A stretch of DNA of 64,000 bases from Macrostomum lignano. Its lineage: Eukaryota. The DNA is taken from contig NIVC01000882.1 in NCBI GenBank assembly GCA_002269645.1, positions 124,001 through 188,000 on the forward strand, given 5' to 3'. The position numbers and the translations under genes are program-made. Shown here one piece after another: positions 25,502-37,516 of the stretch. Each line of letters begins with the position of its first letter. Position 1 is the stretch's first letter. Below the pieces are notes generated by a model. The model did no database searches and was not told the origin of the DNA. It saw nothing but the letters and a program-made list of their open reading frames with translations.

Positions 25502-28500
25502 ATGGATGAAGTACCCTACCTAGTGGTAGGGACTGAAGTGAGTGCAAAGTACAGAGGTGCATTCTGTGAAGCCAAAGTGAAGCGAATTGATGAAAAGAAG
25601 GTGCAATGCAAGGTAAAACGCTTTTCTTTTGTAGCATTTTCTCATTCTCATTCCGGTTTTTAAACATTCTATGACATTTTTTCTTCACTTTTTCAACATG
25701 CTTACTAGTAGTAGCATAATTAATAAAATCAAATTAATGATCCACCGCTCAGGTGTACATGAAGTCCACCCTGACCAGCTCTGTGGTCAGTCTAGACCAA
25801 ATTGTTGCCGGTTCAGTTCGCGTCGGCGGCTCCGTCACCGTCCGGTTGAAAGAGTCCAACGAGCCGGCCAGCGCCGAGGTGCAGAAGGTGCTGGACCAGA
25901 GCACCTACACCGTAGTGTTTAACGACGGCGACCAGCGTACGCTCAAGCGAACCCAGCTGGTGCTGAAAGGCGCCAGGCACTTTCAAGAGGACGAATCATT
26001 GGACCGGCTGCCCCTCACTCATCCTGAGCACTTCGGCACTCCGGTTGGCGCCAAGTTGAGCGCTAAAAAGCGCCGACGCCGTGGTCGCCGCAACGACGAC
26101 GATGGCGAGGAGGAGGAGGACGACGACGACGATGATGATGACGAAGAAGATGACGACAACGACGGCGAGACCTCTTCGTCCGTCGACGCCGCCAAAAACG
26201 GTCAAGCGTCGCCGCCTAGGACGCGAAAATCCGCTGTCGGCTCTTCGTCAACGACGTCGTCGGCTGCGGCGGCGGCGGCGGTTGCTGCTGCTGCGGCGGC
26301 AGCGGCGACTCCGACTAATCGAGTCGGCCGGCCGCCGAGCCTCATCGACAAGCTGATCGGCCGGGTGATGATCGCGCAGCAGGGCGAGCAGCGGCGCCCC
26401 TGCCCTGTGCTGGTCTGCCTGCCGTCTGCTAATCCTGATCTGCCGGCCAGCCGGAAGTCCCTGCTAGTGCGCAGCTTCCGGGATAATAAATTCAGTCTGG
26501 CTGTTAAGAAAGATTTGAAACCGTTCACTCGCGAGAGGGCGATTAAATCCGATGATAAGGCGTTAAAAGCCGCTTTTGAGAAGGCGCTGCAGTGGGTGAG
26601 TACTCTGTTCACTGTTGGGACACTGGTTTCCGATCTTCTACTGCTTGCTTCGAACTAATCCCGAATCTTCAGATATTCCTCACTGATCCCAAATCCTCAG
26701 ATTCATTCCTCACTTATCCCATATCATCAGATTCATTCCTCACTTATCCCAAATCCTCAGATTCATTCCTCACTTATCCCAAATCCTCAGATTCATTCCT
26801 CACTTATCCCAAATCCTCAGATTCATTCCTCACTTATCCCAAATCCTCAGATTCATTCCTCACTTATCCCAAATCCTCAGATTCATTCCTCACTTATCCC
26901 AAATCCTCAGATTCATTCCTCACTTATCCCAAATCCTCAGATTCATTCCTCACTTATCCCAAATCCTCAGATTCATTCCTCACTTATCCCAAATCCTCAG
27001 ATTCATTCCTCACTTATCCCAAATCCTCAGATTCATTCCTCACTTATCCCAAATCCTCAGATTCATTCCTCACTTATCCCAAATCCTCAGATTCATTCCT
27101 CACTTATCCCAAATCCTCAGATTCATTCCTCACTTATCCCAAATCCTCAGATTCATTCCTCACTTATCCCAAATCCTCAGATTCATTCCTCACTTATCTC
27201 AAATGCGGCGTGTATTAGTATAGTTTTGTAACAAACTCAAACTACGTTACTGTTAGTAGAAAAAGAGGAGTATTTTTGTCAAATTATAATATACAGTTGG
27301 AGACTCGCGAGCTGCCCTACAACTGGTCCCGCTCCGACCTGATTGGCGAAGAGTCCGACTCCTCTGGCGAAGAATCCGAAGCTAGCAGCGTTGACGATCC
27401 CATCGAGCAGGAGGCTCAAGACCACTGGATTGCGCAACTGTACGGCTTTATGGACGATCGCAGCACGCCTATAGGCAAAACGCCGGCAATTGGTAATAAA
27501 GATTTGAATCTGTTCCGGCTGTACCACCTGGTGAAGCGATTCGGCGGCTACAATCGGGTTACTAGCCAGCTGAAGTGGCGCATTGTGCACAGCAAGCTGG
27601 GTTTGCCAGCTACCAGTTCCACTACTAAGCTCAAATCCGCTTATCAACGCTACCTGCTACCGTTTGAGGAGTTCGACAAGAAGCTCGGCTCTTCGTTCAC
27701 CACCGGCATTGGCGGCGGCCTGCGCGGTCGATCATCAATGTCGGCATCAGCGTCGGGCTCCGCGGCTGCATCCGCTGGCGCCTCTGCCGGTTCAGCGTCT
27801 GGCGCCGGCGCCGCCTCGTCCGGTATGGCATCGCAGCACCTGGCTGGCGCGCCGGGCTCCTCCAGCGGCAGCAGCGGCCGCAACTTCTTGTCCGCCCGCG
27901 AGAAGCGCCAGTCCGGCCTGACTCCGGTGAAACGGCCGCGAGTTCAAGCCGCCGCTGCTAAGGCTAATAAGGAGGCCAAAGCTGCTAAGGAGGCTGGGAA
28001 AGACAAGGATGCCGCGTCGGTGTCTGCTGAATCGAACTCTACCGTGGCTTCCTCGTCGACTGCCGCCGCTACCGCCACTGCCAATCCTGCAGCTGCCGAC
28101 TGCGCGTCATCCACTTCAACAGCAACTGCCGCCGGCCTACTGGATGACCAAGCTCCGCCTAGTCTGTCCAGGTAGTGCTAGTAGCTTTTTAATACATTTC
28201 TGAACTATATGGTATCTGTTGCATTAGCGACATCTTCGATATTTTAGAATATACCCCCAGTGAATATACTTGAAAATATCCGCCTCTAAACTACCGTCAC
28301 ATATTCAACAGAATAGGCCTTTACTTATCTTTAAAAAATCTCCGAGAATCGCCCTCAAAGTCCTGAGCATCGCCTTCAAATCAGAGAATCAGCCTCTTTA
28401 AATCTCAGAGCATCAGCCTCAAGATCTTCTTAGAGAATCGCCCTCAAATATTTTCAGAGAGTTGTCATCAAATCTCAGAGAACGCCCTCAAATCTCTTCA

Positions 28501-31500
28501 GAGAATTGCCCTCAGATCTCAGAGAATCGCCCTCAAATCTCAGAGCATCAGCCTCAAATCTCCTTAGAAAATCGCCCTCAAATATTTTCTGAGAATCGCC
28601 CTCAGATCTCCTCAGAGAATCGCCCTCAAATCTCCTCAGAGAATCGCCCTCAGATCTCAGAGAATCGCCCTCAGATCACCTCAGAAAATCGCCCTCAAAT
28701 CTCCTCAGATAATCGCCCTCAGATCTCAGAGAATCGCCCTCAGATCTCCTCAGCGAATCGCCATCAAATCTCCTCAGAGTATCGCCCTCAAATATTTTCA
28801 GAGAATCGCTCTCAAATATTTTCCGAGAATCGCTCTCAAATCTCGGAGAATCGCCCTCAAATATCCTCAGAGAAACGCATTCATGGCTAAAATTTATCCT
28901 GAATAACCAACCCCCCAGGTCCAGCAGCGTGTTCGAACGTGTCGAAGCGCCATCAAACGCCTCGGATGTCGCCGCCGCTGCCAACGCAGCCAACAAACTT
29001 GCCGATGCTGTTGAAAGTAAGGACAACGACGATGAAGGCAACTCGTCGGCTGGCAGCGGCGCAGGCGACGCCTACCAAGTAGACGACAAGGTGCGGGTCC
29101 GCTACGGCGAGCCCGGCCGCTACAAAGTCTACGACGGTAGAATTGTAAAGAGATCCTGGCGCGCCAATCGGGTCAGCTATCACGTGCACTATTTCGGCTG
29201 GAATCAACGCTACGACGAGATTGTGACGCCCGATCGGATTCTCGGTCGCTGCCACCGCGGCCACGCTGTTGGCAGGCTCAACCACGGCCAGCCGCTGTCT
29301 TCGCTGCCGCCGCCGCCACCGCCGCCGCCGCCGCTTGCCGCCTCGGCTTCGAAGGCGAAATCAACGTCGAAATCGCCAGCCAGACTGCGGTCGGAGAGCG
29401 AGTCGCTGAGCAGTCCCAGCCCTGTGCAGGCGGATGTGCAGAAGGCCAGGCGAAGAAAGGTTGGTTTTGCTAGATGTATTGTTTTACGAGCTAATTTACT
29501 CAATTATAAGACTAAAAAGTTGATGCTTTAAAAAACGGTACAACCGTATCAGAAATTGGAACTTAGCTTTGGATTTCAGACATTTGAGTGTGTGAGAAAA
29601 TGTGACAAGAAACCTTTTTTTTAGACCCTAAAACTACAATCTAGTGCCCCCCCTTCGGGGCGCCGAATAAGCAAGGGACGAAAATTATTAATGTGAATCC
29701 TTTAAAATGAAAGCACAATGCTCACAATGGCTATAAAGTAAATTTTCTGCTTGGCTTTAGCAAAAAGCGTATTTCTGCATTTGCTTTGCCAACAAGATTT
29801 TTCATTAGTTTCAATCTTACTACTTGTTGGCTTGCTTTACTCTGCATAGCTGGTCGGAGGCATTCACGGAGCATGTAAATTTTATGCATTATTACTAATG
29901 AGCATGTAGAAACAGTTATAACCCTCCTCCTTTTGCAACCGGGCTTGGGCCCGGCTTTGGCGGAGTACAAGAGACTGACTATCTGGGGTTTGCAAAGGCT
30001 GCTTCAAACCCCCCTCTGGCAGCATTTTTGAAATTGATAACAACAACAACAACAAAATAGGCAGCCCTGCATTCAAGGTCACAGGCTAGGCGGGTCAGAT
30101 GGCGCGCCGCAGAGCTTGAGAGCGCACAAAGTCCGCCCCGTTGGCAGTGTCGGGCGCTCCAGCGTTGAATCGAAGGCATTCCACGCATCGACGGGTTGCC
30201 TGAACGGGCCCTGCAAGGTCAGTAGCCCTCGGCACGGATCACGTGGCCCACCAGTTGAAGTCGCAGCCGGCGCAGGATGATGGACGGGCGCTGCAGCTGG
30301 AAAGTAAAGCAGATTACTGTAGCCGCCTTCACTGTTTGACCGCGATAGAACATTTGCACCATCACAAAAAAAGAATATCTATGTCCATCAGCTACTGAAC
30401 TTAAACTTTCAGCGACTGTGATCGGCCTAAATGATTTCTATCTAGGCTTGGACACGCCAGTTTGCCCCTATAGCCAAATAAAGCTTCAATCTTGACATGT
30501 GATCGCTGTAGTTGATGTCCCGGATGAAATTGACCGCGCATTCTTTAAACGTAAACCACCGCTTGGCTTGGACAGAATCGTCGTTTTCATCATCAGAGTC
30601 GAATTAAGCACAGTAAAGCTTGAGCAAAAGAAGACGTTTCTTTAACAACTTGTCAACCACTACGAGTGTGTGTTAATTATTACTACTAGTAGGCTAACAT
30701 GTACTCGTAGCTACTTAATCGAACGTTCCTCTATTGAAATATATCGGTCTTCCAAATTGACTTTCCCAACGCCAAGCAGGTGTCGCACTCCTACGTTCAA
30801 CAGCACGGCCCGAATTCGTCGCCCACAAGCTGCTCCTCGGCCGACGGTCGGGCATCGGCGGCGGCAGCGGCCGCGGCGAACACAACAGCGGCTCAGACAG
30901 CCGCCCCCGACTCTGCCGCCGTCAATCTTGACATTTTATCTTCGCCGGCGCGCCAGACGTCCAACGCTGGCGACGCCGACGACGACTGGCAGAGCGGTAA
31001 AACGTCGGCCGCCGTGATGGACGAAGAAGATGACGTTGAAGACGACGACGATGAACGATGCGGAGCCGCCTCCGAGACAGCCTCGGCGACAGTTGCCTCC
31101 GCTGCCGCCGCTCGTGCCGACGCCGCGGAAAGCAGCGACGGCGGCAAAAGCTCCCTAGCCGTCAGCAGCGTCGGCGGGCGTCGTCACCGTAACGATTCCG
31201 GCTCTCGCATCGACGAAGCCGATGACGACGGCGACGTTGAGGATGAAGTTGAAGAGGAGGACGACGACGACGGCAAGTCCCGGGCGAATGGCGCCAGCGC
31301 CGCCGCTGCCGCCGGCCCCGCCAATCGTCGGAGGCCTGGGCGACGCGGACGCGCAAAAAATCAACATCAGCAGCAGCAGCGTCCGTCGTCGGCGGTGCCG
31401 CCTTCGCCGACGCCGTCGTCAGTTGCTGGCGTCGGGCAGCAGCAGCAGCCGGACGACGATGAGGAAGCTGACGACGACGGCGAAGACGAGGCAGCTTCGG

Positions 31501-31958
31501 TCACCACCGATGATCGAGCGGCTTCTGCTGCGCCTGCTGCTGCTACTGCACAGTCAACTGTGGCCTCCACCCCGACGCCCGGCTCAGCCGGTGGTCGCCC
31601 GGCTCCGGGGTCCAAGCGACGCGCTCGTCGCAGCGTCGGCTCCTCCTTGTCGAACTCAACCGTCGCCGCATCGGCCGGACAAACGCCCGGTCGCCGTCAG
31701 CCGGACAGGCCGAAGTATGTCCGGCCAGCCGATCAGCCGTTTGTGAGCAAATACGGCAGCTTCATGCCGCCAGACTTGGACGCTCACGATCACGCCACTC
31801 GTGTCCGGATGCTGTCCGAAGCGATCGCTCGGGTGCGCGAAGCCTGGCGCTCGGAGAAGCAGGCGCTATCGGAGCTGGACAAGCGCTACAGGCTGCAGAG
31901 GAAGCGGGCCAGGCTCGAGTCCGAGCGAGCGGCGGGTGCCGGCGGTCAGGCCAATTAG
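25502..31958 (+). CDS. ARID4: ARID4A/B (RBBP1/hat-trick)-like chromatin protein: Tudor, RBB1NT-like, ARID, chromobarrel and C-terminal coiled region, 5 coding exons, ~1182 aa
   Basis: join(25502..25612,25753..26595,27297..28171,28919..29459,30780..31958), 3549 nt, GT-AG and in phase. N-terminus [23 protein letters not shown] is typical of ARID4. ARID: [41 protein letters not shown]...W...[15 protein letters not shown]. Chromobarrel: [15 protein letters not shown]-terminus: [29 protein letters not shown]. Confidence 0.93.
26660..27200. repeat. 30-bp minisatellite, ~18 almost perfect copies, ARID4 intron 2
   Basis: TTCCTCACTTATCCCAAATCCTCAGATTCA. Confidence 0.96.
28340..28872. repeat. Degenerate 21-24-bp minisatellite, ARID4 intron 3
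   Basis: CAGAGAATCGCCCTCAAATCTC(CT). Confidence 0.88.
30039..30300 (-). mobile_element. Short 3' fragment of a related RTE-like LINE in ARID4 intron 4
   Basis: The minus strand encodes [23 protein letters not shown], matching RPSDLLCRRRLQLAGHLIRAESY in the 53.9-kb copy, and ends in the same CTATTTT(GTT)n tail. Confidence 0.75.
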
Positions 31959-33289
31959 CGGTAGCAGGAATTGGCCGGGGCATTTTCAATTTCTCGTTAT
32001 CAGCATGGCAACACAGGGGTAGTTTCGGTCAACTATCACATTTGCGCCAATAGTCTGTCTGATTTGGTTATAGTGTCTGTTTTAAGTAGTAGCTTCATTG
32101 ACCGAACTGACTCCGTCTGGAGACTGCATTATAACAAACTAGTGTGCTCATTTATTGTTGCCTTTTCTATGAAATGAAAGACGTCTCTTTTATATGGCAA
32201 TTAAAAAAGGCAAGTTTTCGACCGAATAATAATAACTGAACGATTCACTTAGTTTTCTACTTTCAACTCAGTAGTAAGCGACAATGTGTAAGCTATTTTA
32301 TGAAAAGAATGACTAAAGTTGGAGTGACTGGTAGACAGGGAATTGTGAACGACTCACTAGTGACTCTAGCAACGGTTCAAGCGACTCTAATACGACGAAG
32401 AGGCGACTGTTGAGTCACGAGCGCGTCGCGTGAGCTGCAGAATCAAAGCAAAAAAATTATTTCTTTCCAATTTTACCTGCGCTACCTGCAAGGAATCTGG
32501 AATAAATCTGACGCGACGCAAAAGTGATTCTGGGACGCCGTAATGTACATTAGTCTGCGCCAAAAAAGAATGTACATTGCGTGAGGTATTATTTGTTTAT
32601 CTGTTGCATTGCTCATATCTGTACATACTGTGGCTAGCGATGAGCATGCATCAGCGATGTCCCCTGCTGATTACTTCTGTCTGGCGCTATTTATGCGTTC
32701 GCTACTTGTCAAGCTCTGCTTTTCCACTGCCTGTAGAAAATAATATCACCGTACTTATTAACTTTGCTTTTCTTATGCGCGCTCTCCACTAAATTGAAAG
32801 TTTTCCGTTATTGCTTATTAATTATTAATAAATTGATTGAATTCTATATTGTGCCTGCTAGCCGTACTAGTGCAGTATTCTCTCCGCTCTCTCAGTTTCG
32901 CATCTCCAGCTGCCCCCCCCCTGGCACGTCGGATGAACTTCCATTCAGTTTAGTCAGTTTTTATACGAAATAACAGTTGGTCTACTCCTCTATTGGCCCT
33001 CATTAATTGTATATAAGTTCATATATGGAAGCCACTTCTGGTTTGTTTCGTTTGCATTCTCCGTGTGTGTTTTTTTTACTTTTAAAATTATTAACTGAAT
33101 TATAATATAAAAGGTGGCTTAACTAAAAGCTAATTGACAAGCTTCAAATTACTGATAAAATTTTAACTGAATGTTTCTTTATTTAACTATTTATAATATT
33201 AGTAGGAAGATTGTACTTTTCTTTTTTGTTCAATTATCAGTAAGAAAACACGATTAATGATTTAGTTGGATAGCAAACAAATTACAATG

Positions 33290-33560
33290 ACCTCATTATC
33301 CCACCTTATGACCCACCTTATGACCTCACAATTCCATTCTATGATCATTGTGTTTCATTGTATGATTCTTCTATCCTTTGTCTTCACAGCTCCATCGTAT
33401 GACCTTACAGCTCTAGCATATGATCCCACAGCTTTTCCTTATGACCCCACAGCTCCTTATAAACCCACAGCCTTTTGACCCCCACAGCTCTGCCTTATGA
33501 CCCCACACCTCCTTCTTATGACCCCACAGCTCCATTTTATGACCTCACACGTCTATTCTA
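33290..33560. repeat. Degenerate TATGACCCCACAGCTC repeats upstream of the Rab9 coding block
   Basis: Direct inspection. Confidence 0.7.
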
Positions 33561-33646
33561 TGATTGCATAGTTTCCATTACCCCATAGTTTGATTTAGTA
33601 TACACAAAGCCAAAACACGCTCTGACCGTTTAGACTGAATTCCCCA

Positions 33647-34318
33647 TTGCCGCAGCCGCGCTCCCAGCTACTCAAAGTGATCCTACTCGGAGACGGCGGC
33701 GTTGGCAAGTCGTCGTTAATGACTCGCTACGTGCAGCAGCGCTTCGATCCGCACCAGCATCACACCATCGGGGTGGAATTCCTAGTTAAAGAGGTCAGCC
33801 TGTCTGACGGGTCCCGGTACACCCTGCAGATCTGGGACACCGCCGGCCAGGAGAGATTCCGATCGCTGCGCACCCCGTTCTACCGCGGCGCCGACGCGTG
33901 CATGCTGGTGTACAGCCTGGAGGATTCGAAATCGTTTGCTAATTTAAACATCTGGCGTCAGGAGTTCTTTCATTATTCCGGCGTGGAATCAGGCGAATTT
34001 CCATTTCTTCTAGTTGGCAATAAGAGCGACTCGGAGCGGGCCGCGGTGCCAGCTGATCAGGCCGAGGCCTGGGCTACAGAGCTGGATATGCCGCACTTAT
34101 TAACCTCGGCTAAGAGTGCTCACAATGTTGACCAAGCGTTTGAGCAGTTGACTAGTCTATGGGCTAAGCGTCAACTGATTGGCTTAGCGCGCGGCGGATC
34201 CGCGGATCAGGATAATGATAATGAGGTTCGCGATGTGGGCACCGTGCGAATTAGGCGAGGCGGCGGCGAAAGTGCCGCTGGCAGTGTTGGCGGCTACCGT
34301 CGTCGGTGCTGTAATTGA
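33647..34318 (+). CDS. RAB9: Rab9-like small GTPase (single coding block; start codon unresolved)
   Basis: LLKVILLGDGGVGKSSLMTRYV, HTIGVEFL, QIWDTAGQERFRSLRTPFYRGAD (Rab9-type), LVGNKSD, TSAK, and a C-terminal CCN prenylation motif. There is no in-frame ATG between an upstream stop (33623) and the G1 box; the sequence reads ATTG at 33646-33649. Confidence 0.9.
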   Translation: MPQPRSQLLKVILLGDGGVGKSSLMTRYVQQRFDPHQHHTIGVEFLVKEVSLSDGSRYTLQIWDTAGQERFRSLRTPFYRGADACMLVYSLEDSKSFANLNIWRQEFFHYSGVESGEFPFLLVGNKSDSERAAVPADQAEAWATELDMPHLLTSAKSAHNVDQAFEQLTSLWAKRQLIGLARGGSADQDNDNEVRDVGTVRIRRGGGESAAGSVGGYRRRCCN

Positions 34319-34368
34319 GACGTTCTCGGCCTTCTAACAGTAGCTTAACTTTGTTGAAAGTGAAGCTA

Positions 34369-35102
34369 ATATAGCTATTTGCAGCCCATTTGGGCTTAAG
34401 CGCATTGAATTTAATCCAAGATAGGTTTGCCAAAGTACTGGAGCTTTCGTCTATGGTAGCAAGGTTCGCACAGCGGCATTTAATTGGGTCCAACAAGCAT
34501 CAATTTGGTCCATAGCTTCATTTGCAACTGCTGTGGTGGAGCAAGATCAGCCCCAGTATTGTGGGCCATATGCTAGGCTGTCGAACGAATGCCATTGGCT
34601 TGTGATCGAAGCGCTCAACAGAGATGAACACCCAAAGGTTGCTGAATGTAAAAAAATAATGGTTTACACTTTACAGCATCCATCAGCGCGTTGAAACCAC
34701 TGCGGGCAGAAATAGCCTGCAACTGGGTGGCAATCGCCAAGGCAAGTTGCTCAAGAACCTCAAGTCCAACTGCTACTCGATGCAGTTGAGACGAACCCCT
34801 TTGTTTTTCGGTGCAGAAAATGCAGAAGAAGTTGAAGGCACAGTTTCAGTTGGTTATCAGATTTTGACTATCAGCAGACCTCTGGAAAAGCGACTGAAAA
34901 TTGTTGGTAGAGACGCTGACATTCCAGCGGTACGCAACAACCCACAGGTTGCGAGAAGGCAAGGAGTTTTCCTGATGGCTCACGAGCGTTTGGACCAAAT
35001 TAAATGCCGCTGTGCTAGCCTTGCTACCATAGAAAAAGCTCAAACCTATCTTGGAGTAAATTCAATGCGCGTGGGCCCAAATGGGCTGCAAAAAGCTATA
35101 TT
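34369..35102. repeat. Long diverged inverted repeat (~120-130-bp arms, ~485-bp spacer) just downstream of Rab9; foldback/MITE-like
   Basis: 34369-34497 is the reverse complement of 34983-35102 (AATATAGCT.TTTGCAGCCCATTTGGG...GCGCATTGAATTTA.TCCAAGATAGGTTTG...CTATGGTAGCAAGG..AGCACAGCGGCATTTAATT.GGTCCAA), with one ~10-nt indel. No TSD seen. Confidence 0.8.
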
Positions 35103-36271
35103 CATACCGGATTCGCTCATTCAATTCAACTTCGAAAAACTTGAACGCGAACACACATTCTTAGTGGCATAAAATGGTGTTTTTGTCAGCCAAGTTGATA
35201 GTTAAGCAAACAAAGCAGTAAATAGACAGACAGCCCATAGACAGACATAGACATAAGCAGATGGTAAAGGCAACCAACTGTTAGTAATTTGGCAATAAGA
35301 CATCAGCACAAAGAAGGACGCCAGCAGCAGCCTCTTTCATAGAAAGCATGCTTAAACATCAATTTCTATTCAGTAAAGATGAGAGTTATTACTCGCAATT
35401 AAAGTTGTGAAAAGTAGAGGGTCTACTAATTGTATGCTCTTCAGTTTGTCTGCTCAATGTCACTTGAATTTAAGGTTGCAGCTGGCCCCATGCATGAGCA
35501 TTCGAGTATGGGGTTAAGAATGAAAAATGTATCTAATATTACTTTCCAATTTTACCATTATAATGGCAAAACGCTAATTTTGCTACTGAAAAAAGACTGA
35601 ATCACGTGACAAATTTTGATTCAGTTTAGTTAGGAGTAATGTACACTGCCAGCGCGCCAGTTAATGTACATTGGCGCGACGATAAGGAGCAATAATAAAA
35701 TGGACAGCCGGGGAGGGGGTGTTAGTAGGGCACGCTTAAATCGACAGATAAATTAGCCAAATATGCAATACTACTACTGTATTGTAAGTAGTTAAATAGA
35801 ATATTTCGCAGATTGTATCTGGATTCTTGTTTATATTTTGCCAAAAAACGAAATTAATTCACTGCCAAATAAGTTTCAGTAATCTGCGTTCGCACGAAAC
35901 TGTTTTGCGTTTCCCTGTGTAATTTTCTAGTTTTTTTTATATTCAGAAGAGCGCTTTGGTGACTCGTTGCATTTCCCGCTAACAGTTCAAATAGCGCAAT
36001 GGTGCAATCAAATATTTGATTAACTTTATGCGAGCTAGTATTTTGTACGGAATGTAAGATTTCAGTATATATTTGTTATTGTATGCACTAACTTGTATTA
36101 TGATTTCTGTTAAATTTCGGCCAGTTAGTATTTTGATTTGTTATTTTCACCCAGTTATTTTTATACCTAAACATGTCATTGCATTGGTGCACATTCTACA
36201 TGTCACATGGGACTATCCTTTGTTTCTCCGTATGTCTTCTTGCCTCTAGTAGGTTTTCCCTCAGCCTCTTT

Positions 36272-37048
36272 AACTGTCTCTCCCTGTCTCGTCCTCTCTC
36301 TACATGTCTTTCCCTGTTTCGTCCTCTCTCTACATGTCTCTCCCTGTTTCGTCCTCTCTCTACATGTCTCTCCCTGTCTCGTCCTCTCTCTACATGTCTC
36401 TCCCTGTCTCGTCCTCTACATGTCTCTCCCTGTTTCGTCCTCTCTCTACATGTCTCTCCCTGTCTCGTCCTCTACATGTCTCTCCCTGTTTCGTCCTCTC
36501 TCTACATGTCTCTCCCTGTCTCGTCCTCTCTACCTACTTGTCTCTCCCTGTCTCGTCCTCTCTCTACATGTCTCTCCCTGTCTCGTCCTCTCTCTACTTG
36601 TCTCTCCCTGTCTCGTCCTCTCTACCTACTTGTCTCTCCCTGTCTCGTCCTCTCTCTACATGTCTCTCCCTGTCTCGTCCTCTCTCTACATGTCTCTCCC
36701 TGTTTCGTCCTCTCTCTACATGTCTCTCCCTGTCTCGTCCTCTCTCTCTACTTGTCTCTCCCTGTCTCGTCCTCTCTACCTACTTGTCTCTCCCTGTCTC
36801 GTCCTCTCTCTACATGTCTCTCCCTGTCTCGTCCTCTCTCTCTACTTGTCTCTCCCTGTCTCGTCCTCTCTACCTACTTGTCTCTCCCTGTCTCGTCCTC
36901 TCTCTACATGTCTCTCCCTGTCTCGTCCTCTCTCTCTACATGTCTCTCCCTGTTTCGTCCTCTCTCTACATGTCTCTCCCTGTCTCGTCCTCTCTCTCTA
37001 CTTGTCTCTCCCTGTCTCGTCCTCTCTCTACTTGTCTCTCCCTGTCTC
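36272..37048. repeat. ~30-bp pyrimidine-rich minisatellite
   Basis: TCTCCCTGTCTCGTCCTCTCTCTACATGTC. Confidence 0.92.
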
Positions 37049-37516
37049 ATTCTTGCTGCTCCTGTCCGTGTTGCAGAGGTCTTTCAGTTTCCCTCTCCTA
37101 GCCCTTTGCCCTCCACTCTGCCACAATGCTTGTAAAACTGTTGTCGCTATGCTATAGTTATACAAATATTGTACTTGTTTATTCGTTTCCTATCGGTGTT
37201 TGCAATAGATATTTTGCTACTACTTACATGTACTCTTTCCTGACCCAGCAGATCTAGTTGTTTTTCTATTACGCTGTTTCTCTATTAATCTATTTGAGCT
37301 CATTAGAATTTTTCTCTTGTAATTTTGATTTTTTATTTACACTAACCAGACTGTCAGATTTCCAATAAATTCTCAACAGAAATATCTGCTAATATTGATA
37401 GATTTTTTCACTTATTTATTAACAAACTGCTTGCGACTTCTATAGTTTCCTTACTACAAGCTAGCTGCTATTGATGGTGTCTAGATTAGCAATCCGCCCC
37501 ATCTCAGCTCAACAGC

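Noticed and set aside
29638-29670. GC hairpin followed by CTAG on the minus strand (Helitron 3' end?)
   Set aside because: It is followed by A rather than T, and no 5' TC end or second copy is identifiable.
32345-32400. ACGACTCACTA and TAATACGAC resembling a T7 promoter / vector contamination
   Set aside because: The two halves are out of order and ~40 bp apart, with no other vector sequence; likely chance within a GACTC-rich putative Rab9 promoter region.
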